From: a virus
Lineage: Duplodnaviria > Heunggongvirae > Uroviricota > Caudoviricetes
IMG/VR virus record: IMGVR_UViG_3300034082_003579
Length of the DNA: 64,000 nucleotides
Direction: 5' to 3' (one strand)
Position 1 is the first letter of the stretch. Each line of letters starts with the position of its first letter. The position numbers and the translations under genes are program-made. Below, one piece after another: positions 55,815-64,000 of this stretch. Below the pieces are notes generated by a model. The model ran no database searches, was not told where the DNA came from, and saw only the letters and a list, made by a program, of their open reading frames with translations.

Positions 55815-56093
55815 TTAGTCTTTCCTAAAAATGTTGCTCCATTGATGCAGCTTTTCTATTTTTCTTTCGGCAGCAGCTTCCAACCCATCAGCCGAAATGA
55901 CATCTTCATCAATTAACAACTTCATCATTGCCATGACATCGCCTAACTCTTGTTCCAACATTTCTCTATGCGGAACGTTAGTCTTGTAATGTTGTGAGTC
56001 TATGCCAAACCTGCGGCACTTGCTGACTTCGACAATGACCTCTGCACATTCTTCCTGCAGGATGTCTAATATTTCTTGTACTCTTTCTTTCAT
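55815..56093 (-). CDS. MazG-like nucleotide pyrophosphohydrolase
   Basis: EQELGDVMAMMKLL matches the MazG EExxE/ELGD motif. Confidence 0.55.
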   Translation of the reverse strand: MKERVQEILDILQEECAEVIVEVSKCRRFGIDSQHYKTNVPHREMLEQELGDVMAMMKLLIDEDVISADGLEAAAERKIEKLHQWSNIFRKD

Positions 56094-56103
56094 TTTAACC
56101 TTA

Positions 56104-56187
56104 TGGTACGGGATACCAGAGTCGAACTGGTACGCATTGCGCGGCGAGTTTTAAGCCCGCTGGGTCTACCGATTCCCCCAATCCCGC
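56104..56187 (-). tRNA. tRNA-Leu(TAA)
   Basis: class II, 84 nt; acceptor gcgggat/atcccgt, 3-bp D-stem with long loop, anticodon stem gcggg/ctcgc, loop cuUAAaa, variable hairpin cgcgcaatgcg, T-loop ttcgact. Confidence 0.7.
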
Positions 56188-56195
56188 ATTATTAT

Positions 56196-56270
56196 TGGTC
56201 CGGCGTGCAGGAATCGAACCCACATTCAGCGGGTAGAAGCCGCTTGTATTATCCATTATACTAACGCCAG
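56196..56270 (-). tRNA. tRNA-Arg(TCT)
   Basis: D-stem gtat/atac, perfect anticodon stem agcgg/ccgct, loop cuUCUac, T-loop ttcgatt. Confidence 0.7.
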
Positions 56271-56275
56271 ATTAT

Positions 56276-56351
56276 TGGTGCCCCCGGAGGGATTTGAACC
56301 CCCGACCAAGCGATTATGAGTCGCCTGCTCTCACCACTGAGCTACAGGGGC
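56276..56351 (-). tRNA. tRNA-Ile2(CAT), lysidine type
   Basis: gcccctgtagctcagtggtgagagcaggcgactCATaatcgcttggtc... is near-identical to E. coli ileX through the D- and anticodon arms. Confidence 0.75.
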
Positions 56352-56382
56352 GGAACTTTACTTATGCTCTGACTAAAAATAC

Positions 56383-56411
56383 ATTATACGGAATTTTCTG
56401 TTACTGGTCAA
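56383..56411 (-). promoter_or_regulatory. sigma70-like phage promoter TTGACC-N17-TATAAT
   Basis: TTGACCagtaacagaaaattccgTATAAT upstream of tRNA-Ile2/Arg/Leu. Confidence 0.6.
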
Positions 56412-57303
56412 CTGGTGGATGATTTAAGCCACGCCAGTGAACAACATGCAAGCGCATAGCTTCACCGTTGTCCATGAGCCACTCTGTTCCGTCCCAATAC
56501 AGTCGTTGATCGGGCCAAACAGTGCTGGCAACCTGACAATCATAGTAGCCCACATGTACTGGATTGTGATCTACTGTAGCATGCCACGGACCCAGCTCGC
56601 TTTCGTCGATTAGTCGTTGAGCTTGCATTTCTTCACCTTCTAAGACTTCAACAGACTCGTCTTGGACATACAGCTCGTAATTAGAACTTTTGCCTGTGGT
56701 GCTGTAAGCGTCCTGGCCGTCGAGATCTTCATCCCTATAAGACACACCGTTACAAACACGCCATCCGTCGTAAGTGCTGAATCCAAATTTTAACTGAGCA
56801 GGATCAAACGGTTCTGTGATTTCTATTTCGGTTTCAAAGAACAAGCCCTTTTCAAAGTTTTGTCCTACAAACACAGCCCGGGTTGGACTAAGTTCAACTT
56901 CGATTGATTCAAACTCTTCTATGCCGATTCCTGCTGTATCCAGAATCTCAGGATCCAGTTCGATCTCCAGCAGTTCTTTTCCAGTCATGTTGTCAGTAAC
57001 ACGCAACCAACAGCCTATACTCATTTCTACACCACAACTGTGTGCTAGGTCGTCGCATTCGTACCAACTGCCATCTCTGATGAATCTAAATTCTTCGGGC
57101 ACATCAGCAAAGTTGCCTTCGTCGTCGTCCCAAGATGTAACATATTCTTCAAAGTCATCACGTGCCCGCCAATAACGTGCGACTACAGGATCCACAGTAC
57201 CCATCACAATTTCGCCGCCATAGCCGCTGAGTGAGATTGTGATATTTCTGGGTGTAAACCGTAAGGTCTGCATCAATTGTTCTTTTTGTTTGCGGGTGGC
57301 CAT
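56401..57303 (-). CDS. hypothetical acidic protein
   Basis: 300-aa ORF. Confidence 0.45.
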   Translation of the reverse strand: MATRKQKEQLMQTLRFTPRNITISLSGYGGEIVMGTVDPVVARYWRARDDFEEYVTSWDDDEGNFADVPEEFRFIRDGSWYECDDLAHSCGVEMSIGCWLRVTDNMTGKELLEIELDPEILDTAGIGIEEFESIEVELSPTRAVFVGQNFEKGLFFETEIEITEPFDPAQLKFGFSTYDGWRVCNGVSYRDEDLDGQDAYSTTGKSSNYELYVQDESVEVLEGEEMQAQRLIDESELGPWHATVDHNPVHVGYYDCQVASTVWPDQRLYWDGTEWLMDNGEAMRLHVVHWRGLNHPPVDQ

Positions 57304-57536
57304 TATACAATACGTCCTAAACCGTTGTAAATAAGTTGATCCAGTTCTTGCTCAAACCTCTGACCAGTACGGCGTTTTTGAAAGATCAATTTCAGCAATT
57401 CAAGATTGTCGCCGGGACTTGCTACTGCTGCCCCAAGACCCCGACGTTCCATTTCTTCCAGGATGTCATCATCCTCGAAGTCATCCATGTCGACATCGAT
57501 GTCGACATATTTTTCAACACTAACGTATCTTGCCAT
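57303..57536 (-). CDS. hypothetical acidic protein
   Basis: 77 aa with DIDVDMDDFEDDDILEE. Confidence 0.35.
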   Translation of the reverse strand: MARYVSVEKYVDIDVDMDDFEDDDILEEMERRGLGAAVASPGDNLELLKLIFQKRRTGQRFEQELDQLIYNGLGRIV

Positions 57537-57635
57537 TATTGCTCCCAGAGTTTACGAGCCACTGTGCCTATTACAATTTCACCACCGTAGCCACAGTGGG
57601 ATTCTTCCTAGCAGATGGTAAATTGTTTATTACGC

Positions 57636-57812
57636 CGGAAACACTGAACGAATGTTGACTTCAGTATCTCCACGTTCATACATGGCTTTGACTTGTTTTT
57701 CGGCATAGTAGCGGCCACCATCGCAGGTGACAGTCTGTGTGCCTTCTACCAATACTTCGCCGGAGTTTTTACGCTGTACAATATAACTTACATTGAATGT
57801 TTGCATTTTGCA
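57636..57812 (-). CDS. small hypothetical protein (58 aa, not in ORF track)
   Basis: MQTFNVSYIVQRKNSGEVL...; AGGA RBS; downstream of a conserved promoter. Confidence 0.3.
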
Positions 57813-57837
57813 TTCCTGTTATGTTTAAACAACTGCT

Positions 57838-57866
57838 ATTATATAGAATGTGGTATTAACGGTCAA
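57838..57866 (-). promoter_or_regulatory. sigma70-like phage promoter TTGACC-N17-TATAAT
   Basis: TTGACCgttaataccacattctaTATAATagc. Confidence 0.6.
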
Positions 57867-58137
57867 CTGATTTGTTCTCGTTCTTTAGTTCTCGGATGAT
57901 ACGATTTTGTTCCATTTGGTAGACCGCACGGCTGAATCGATACCAAGCCAGGGTGGCATCAATGAATGTCATGGCAATGCCTGCTGACAATACATAAAAA
58001 GGCCACGGTGCTGGACATCCTGCTACCAACATAACAACAGCCGAAATCACTGTGACAAAGCCCCAGAAACTCAAGCTCTTGTGACAATCCCGAAACTGCC
58101 AACGAAGGTAACTCATATTTGTTTGCTTTTCCATCAT
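57856..58137 (-). CDS. small membrane protein
   Basis: 93 aa with two TM helices; perfect TTGACA-N17-TATAAT promoter upstream. Confidence 0.4.
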   Translation of the reverse strand: MMEKQTNMSYLRWQFRDCHKSLSFWGFVTVISAVVMLVAGCPAPWPFYVLSAGIAMTFIDATLAWYRFSRAVYQMEQNRIIRELKNENKSVDR

Positions 58138-58165
58138 TTAACTCCTATTGATTAACTTATAAACA

Positions 58166-58194
58166 ATTATACTGCATTTCGCTATAGCTGTCAA
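58166..58194 (-). promoter_or_regulatory. consensus sigma70 promoter TTGACA-N17-TATAAT
   Basis: TTGACAgctatagcgaaatgcagTATAATtg upstream of the 57856..58137 gene. Confidence 0.65.
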
Positions 58195-58197
58195 CGA

Positions 58198-58222
58198 AAA
58201 AGCGGGCCGAAGCCCGCTTTGT
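58198..58222 (-). terminator. rho-independent terminator after groEL
   Basis: minus sense aaagcgggcttcggcccgcttttt: GC stem plus T-run, 18 nt after the groEL stop. Confidence 0.65.
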
Positions 58223-58239
58223 GGTGCAAAAACAACAGA

Positions 58240-60188
<1,949 letters not shown>

Positions 60189-60283
60189 GAAAAGTGTGTT
60201 GCGATCTCAGTCGAGCACCGCAAGGTTACTATTTATATTAATTCTCACTCAGTGAACTAATATAACATAGATTTTACAGCATG

Positions 60284-60628
60284 TCAACGCCAAGTCCTAT
60301 GTCTTTCGGCAATCCACTCGTGTCCGTCGTACTCTTGTATGATCCAGTCCACATCGGCTGGAACTTCTACAATTTTGAGTTGAGCAAAAGAATCTTCGGC
60401 TCGTTCGCCCCATTCTTCGATCAATCGCACCAGATAAGGATCGTCGCGATCAATGTCTTGATCGGTAAAATCAGGATCTTCGATGCAGGCCATGCGCTTG
60501 TATTCTTCTACTGCTGCTTCACTGAGGCCATAGCCACCAAAACAGTCGTTGATAACAATCTTGCGTATACCACGCAGGTGCTGCATTAATCGTTCTTTGT
60601 CCAGATTGCTTATTGTGGCCATTTGCAT
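60284..60628 (-). CDS. hypothetical protein
   Basis: 114-aa ORF, first of the tandem small-ORF array. Confidence 0.4.
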   Translation of the reverse strand: MQMATISNLDKERLMQHLRGIRKIVINDCFGGYGLSEAAVEEYKRMACIEDPDFTDQDIDRDDPYLVRLIEEWGERAEDSFAQLKIVEVPADVDWIIQEYDGHEWIAERHRTWR

Positions 60629-60792
60629 ACAAATAAAAAACTGTCTCGTTTGTTTTGAAAAACAAAAGTGGTCATGTCAGCAGAGAATTTTACTTGCCAT
60701 GTTCCGGCTCGCAAATTTTGCTTACACCACAACATCATGTCTTGTACTGCGTTATCATTGTAGCGATTTACTATGACATCGGTCATACCCAC
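60610..60792 (-). CDS. small-ORF family member
   Basis: C-terminus DSFLFVCKWPQ. Confidence 0.35.
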   Translation of the reverse strand: MGMTDVIVNRYNDNAVQDMMLWCKQNLRAGTWQVKFSADMTTFVFQNKRDSFLFVCKWPQ

Positions 60793-61010
60793 CTCAACGC
60801 AAACATGGTATAATCTTCATCTAGCATGTATACTTCTCCCAGTTGATTCATTGGCATTACATATACATTTATGCCGTACCATTCCTGCATCCACAGTTTA
60901 ATGTGATACGAACCAACTGCAGCACTAGGATCGATGTGCTTGTTTATGCGGGCAGTTATGTCTAGCCAAAATTTAGGGTACAACATGAGATTGACACGTT
61001 TCATGACCAC
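60783..61010 (-). CDS. small-ORF family member
   Basis: C-terminus DYTMFALRWV. Confidence 0.4.
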   Translation of the reverse strand: MVMKRVNLMLYPKFWLDITARINKHIDPSAAVGSYHIKLWMQEWYGINVYVMPMNQLGEVYMLDEDYTMFALRWV

Positions 61011-61243
61011 CTTAGAAAAAATAGCGTTAACAGTTCCGGAGTATCAAATTCCACAATCATGCCTATTCGTTTGGCTCCGGGATTGTTAGCACACCAAGCG
61101 TCCAACTTTTCAACATGCTCAGACCAGAAGGCAATGTCGGTTAGATATACTGTATTGTCCTTATCTACGTCATGTTCGGTCACAATAAACCTCTGCTTTT
61201 TCCAGTCAGCAAATATGTCATCTTGATATTGATTAACGGTCAT
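61001..61243 (-). CDS. small-ORF family member
   Basis: C-terminus PELLTLFFLRWS. Confidence 0.4.
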   Translation of the reverse strand: MTVNQYQDDIFADWKKQRFIVTEHDVDKDNTVYLTDIAFWSEHVEKLDAWCANNPGAKRIGMIVEFDTPELLTLFFLRWS

Positions 61244-61517
61244 TCTGCACGTATTCGTTGTACTTCAGTATGAAAAAAGTTCTTTTGACTTCATCATACC
61301 AGTCAAGATAGACGCAGTTTCGATAGTAGCCGTCTCGGCGGTGAACAGAAACAACTTCGTTAGGTCCAGGTATGTGCCATTTGGCATGTTGCCTGACTGT
61401 AAAGCCCAGTTCTCTGCGCATGACAGATCTTATCATCAAATGACTAGGCGGATGATCTTGACTCAAGCGTTGGTGTAGATTGTTCCATTGTCCTGTTGTT
61501 AATCGAGTGGGTTTCAC
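61233..61517 (-). CDS. small-ORF family member (extended C-terminus)
   Basis: ..TFFILKYNEYVQNDR. Confidence 0.4.
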   Translation of the reverse strand: MKPTRLTTGQWNNLHQRLSQDHPPSHLMIRSVMRRELGFTVRQHAKWHIPGPNEVVSVHRRDGYYRNCVYLDWYDEVKRTFFILKYNEYVQNDR

Positions 61518-61520
61518 AAA

Positions 61521-62072
61521 TTACTCCGGCAACTTTTCCAACATGTCATTGAATATCTCAGCACTCATGTCAAACGCCAGTAGTGCTTCGTCTAAGATCG
61601 ACATTGTGAGTTTGGCATCTAATGCCTTTATCAGTGCGGGACAATCATTGAATTGGTAACACTTGCCCTTTCCAGGTATTTTTTTGGCTAAAATTTTACC
61701 GCCATACAAATCTCTCATGTGCCGAACATAGATGTGGGCTAGAATCTGATCCCCGTGTCCGGAGTAATACAGTTTCATAATGTGTTCTCGGTATCGCTGT
61801 GTGCTGGGCAATACTTCTTCTAGACTAGGTATGTTGTGTCCCAGTTCTGCAAGATCTTCTGCAATTCCGTCTTTTCTTTTGATGCCAGGCAGATCGTGCA
61901 ACAACCCTAAGGTCTCTGCAAAGTACTCAATCTCTCTATAAACAATATAAAACTGTTTGAGAAACAAAACATATTGTTCTTTGGTAATTTCTCCAGTCAG
62001 CATCAACTGAACAAAAGGATTGGCTTCAACTGCTCGGTGTTTCTCATTTGTGTAATTTCTTAATATGCTCAT
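61521..62072 (-). CDS. heme-oxygenase-like / TenA-fold protein
   Basis: KHRAVEANPFVQLMLTGEITKEQYVLFLKQFYIVYREIE resembles the HO N-terminal helix pattern (H..E..F......Y...L.Q.Y.VY..LE). Confidence 0.4.
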   Translation of the reverse strand: MSILRNYTNEKHRAVEANPFVQLMLTGEITKEQYVLFLKQFYIVYREIEYFAETLGLLHDLPGIKRKDGIAEDLAELGHNIPSLEEVLPSTQRYREHIMKLYYSGHGDQILAHIYVRHMRDLYGGKILAKKIPGKGKCYQFNDCPALIKALDAKLTMSILDEALLAFDMSAEIFNDMLEKLPE

Positions 62073-62106
62073 TTTGTTGTTCCTGTACTGTTATTAAACA
62101 AACACT

Positions 62107-62310
62107 TTACGACCATCTCAATTGAAATATTACAGCGTCTTCGGGATTTTCAAATTCTACCCAAGGGTAAAAACTGTGGCGTTTTGCAGGAAACACTCCT
62201 TGCGTATATAGCCAATAACTAAATGCTTCGTTATCGCGGTTGCAATTAGCCAGCCACCATTCAGCAGCATTAACCCAGTAAGGTTCTATGGGTAATCGAG
62301 TCATGACCAT
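62107..62310 (-). CDS. small-ORF family member
   Basis: C-terminus EDAVIFQLRWS. Confidence 0.4.
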   Translation of the reverse strand: MVMTRLPIEPYWVNAAEWWLANCNRDNEAFSYWLYTQGVFPAKRHSFYPWVEFENPEDAVIFQLRWS

Positions 62311-62465
62311 CTCAATGTAAATAATAATGCATCTTGATCATTTTTAAACCAATATCCTTCGGCAGTATGATCCCAGTCATTTAACAATAAGGTATCACGA
62401 CACCATATAAAGACTTGAATATCAGAGGCACAGTCGAGAATAAAAGTCCATGATTCATTTCTCAT
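62301..62465 (-). CDS. small-ORF family member (about 50 aa, not in ORF track)
   Basis: ..NDQDALLFTLRWS; shares a 40-nt near-identical 3' segment with 62462..62719; ATGA start-stop overlaps on both sides. Confidence 0.35.
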   Translation of the reverse strand: MRNESWTFILDCASDIQVFIWCRDTLLLNDWDHTAEGYWFKNDQDALLFTLRWS

Positions 62466-62719
62466 GAGCATCTCAATGTAAATAATAATGCATCTTGTTC
62501 GTGATCAAAGCAGAATGTATACGATGCCAGACCGCCTCCATCCCATGTACATTGCCATGTTCCGTCACGCCCGAAAGTTTCGCGATCTGTGATGCTAAAT
62601 CTCTTTCCAAATTGGTCATGGCACCATTGACACATTCGTTCGATCTCGACCGCAGATGTTTGATGCATTATAACTTTATGTTCTAACCTGTGTTGTTTGT
62701 TAACTACGATCATGCCCAC
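62462..62719 (-). CDS. small-ORF family member
   Basis: C-terminus EQDALLFTLRCS. Confidence 0.4.
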   Translation of the reverse strand: MGMIVVNKQHRLEHKVIMHQTSAVEIERMCQWCHDQFGKRFSITDRETFGRDGTWQCTWDGGGLASYTFCFDHEQDALLFTLRCS

Positions 62720-63153
62720 CTCAGCAAAAACATTAGATAATCTCGTTCGTTTTTAAATGCAGCAAAAACCAAATCTTGACCACTGATTTCATTTATATCC
62801 CAATCGTATGTGCCCATTCGATTGTGATCAAATTTGTTTACACGATGAAAATCAAATCTTACTTTATCTTGACTATGCTCTTCAGCCCACTTATGAACTA
62901 CATTATGTCCGTATCTACAACCACCTGGACCGTAATCGGCTATCATTTGATAAATGTAATGGTTGTGATTTTCAAAACAGTAAACATGCGGATAGCCGTG
63001 ATAAAAGTCACGTATACAACAGGCACGAATGTTGTAGTCAGGATCATATATTCTATGATATTCTGCCCAAGAGGCGCATCCGTGTCGTTTTAAGAATCGC
63101 CGATCCTGCCATGCCTGCCACCGTTGTTTCAACCGTTGGAACATTACGCCCAT
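62710..63153 (-). CDS. small-ORF family member (147 aa)
   Basis: C-terminus ERDYLMFLLRWA. Confidence 0.4.
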   Translation of the reverse strand: MGVMFQRLKQRWQAWQDRRFLKRHGCASWAEYHRIYDPDYNIRACCIRDFYHGYPHVYCFENHNHYIYQMIADYGPGGCRYGHNVVHKWAEEHSQDKVRFDFHRVNKFDHNRMGTYDWDINEISGQDLVFAAFKNERDYLMFLLRWA

Positions 63154-63395
63154 CTCAACTGAAATAACACCGCATCCTGTTCAGTTTCAAACCAAAAGGA
63201 ATTGCCGGTCCATGTATAGTGATCCTGGCCGTACTGCTGAATACACCATTGGTGTGCAGGTTCCCACCGTGTTCGTAGTCCAATGTTCACTGGATACCAG
63301 CCGCCCTGCTTGAGATAGCTATACCAATCAAATAACTGTTCTTCGCTTGATTCAAGCGGGGCCAGGTCGATAAATTCTCGTATGCTCATGACCAC
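63144..63395 (-). CDS. small-ORF family member
   Basis: C-terminus EQDAVLFQLRWA. Confidence 0.4.
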   Translation of the reverse strand: MVMSIREFIDLAPLESSEEQLFDWYSYLKQGGWYPVNIGLRTRWEPAHQWCIQQYGQDHYTWTGNSFWFETEQDAVLFQLRWA

Positions 63396-63622
63396 GATAA
63401 CGCAAACAGCAATTTTGTATCCTCGTCCACGTGCTCGTTGAGTTCAATAGAGAATTCCGGCAACCGGAGGTGCCAATCGTCAGAATAATACTTTACCCAA
63501 CATTGCCATCCTTCTCCTCTTATTACAGTACCGACCGCACCGGATTGTTGTGGTCCTACATTTGTCATCAGCCACTGTACAGCACCACGAGCACGAACAG
63601 CATCGTATAATTTAATTTTCAC
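63386..63622 (-). CDS. small-ORF family member
   Basis: C-terminus EDTKLLFALSWS. Confidence 0.4.
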   Translation of the reverse strand: MKIKLYDAVRARGAVQWLMTNVGPQQSGAVGTVIRGEGWQCWVKYYSDDWHLRLPEFSIELNEHVDEDTKLLFALSWS

Positions 63623-63986
63623 GTTTTATTGTCAGTTCGTCGAACTTGAGTATTTCGTTGAATTTAGGTCCCATGATCATTTGGGTCTCGTTTATCACAA
63701 AGATATGTTGGGGGAAACGCTGTTCCAGCACAGCAACAATTTCATCGTGGTCACGTCCCTGTGCCAAAAATGTATCGTCGTCATTGTCAAACCAATATAT
63801 GATATCGTTGATAATTTCTTGCTTGACCACATGCACAAGTTGTTCTAATTGTGCAATCTGCTGTTCTTCGCGATCTTGACGAGCCTGCAGAAGAGGCAAA
63901 ACTAGCCAGCGTAGCGCCATGCGTCCTGCAACAACGCCTACTAGAAACCAACCAATGGTACTTAAAATGTTTTCTAAAATATCCAT
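63612..63986 (-). CDS. membrane-anchored hypothetical protein
   Basis: 124 aa with an N-terminal TM helix. Confidence 0.4.
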   Translation of the reverse strand: MDILENILSTIGWFLVGVVAGRMALRWLVLPLLQARQDREEQQIAQLEQLVHVVKQEIINDIIYWFDNDDDTFLAQGRDHDEIVAVLEQRFPQHIFVINETQMIMGPKFNEILKFDELTIKREN

Positions 63987-64000
63987 GCCGTTCCTTACAG

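Noticed and set aside
55680-55830. Tandem ~80-nt direct repeat that at first glance resembles a short repeat array (CRISPR-like)
   Set aside because: Only two copies, no spacer/repeat periodicity; each copy is a TTGACC/TAGACA-N17-TACAAT promoter, so it is a duplicated promoter, not a CRISPR
60190-60280. CIRCE/HrcA operator upstream of groES
   Set aside because: The inverted repeat ttgcg..cgcaa does not match the TTAGCACTC-N9-GAGTGCTAA consensus; at most a weak sigma70-like TGACAT-N16-TATATT

Overview
This 64-kb window reads as part of a large (jumbo-type) bacteriophage genome of a Gram-negative, probably marine, host. It carries a canonical lysis cassette (GH19 endolysin, i-spanin, o-spanin), an HNH endonuclease, PstS, ThyX, dCMP deaminase, MazG, a MoxR/VWA pair, GroEL/GroES, an RNA polymerase omega homolog and a 16-kb tRNA island. 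Nearly all genes sit on the minus strand behind a recurring sigma70-like promoter, TTGACC-N17-TATAAT(AGT), that is conserved beyond the hexamers.

Segments:
- 0-14.4 kb: a sugar/small-molecule modification cluster (carbamoyltransferase, amidinotransferase, radical SAM, three SGNH hydrolases, DegT aminotransferase, epimerase/dehydratase, a 726-aa repeat protein).
- 14.7-26.5 kb: early-type small genes, ThyX, MoxR/VWA, TctA transporter, phosphoesterases.
- 27-40.5 kb: a bacterial-envelope-like block (rubrerythrin, CHASE2-cyclase, SPFH, GT4, PstS, FecR-like, curlin, CsgG, CsgF, OmpA, porin).
- 40.7-56.4 kb: about 30 tRNA genes on the minus strand covering all 20 amino acids, including three CAT tRNAs and several noncanonical or degenerate tRNA-like genes. 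Interspersed are RpoZ, dCMP deaminase, a second radical SAM, HNH, the lysis cassette, an SNase-like nuclease, and a family of long perfect hairpin elements beside tRNA ends and promoters.
- 58-64 kb: GroEL/GroES, then a tandem array of about 11 paralogous small ORFs ending in a conserved ..DA..F.LRW(S/A) C-terminus.

tRNA, promoter and repeat coordinates were read by eye and are approximate (about +/-2 nt). Anticodon assignments are manual. No database search could be run.
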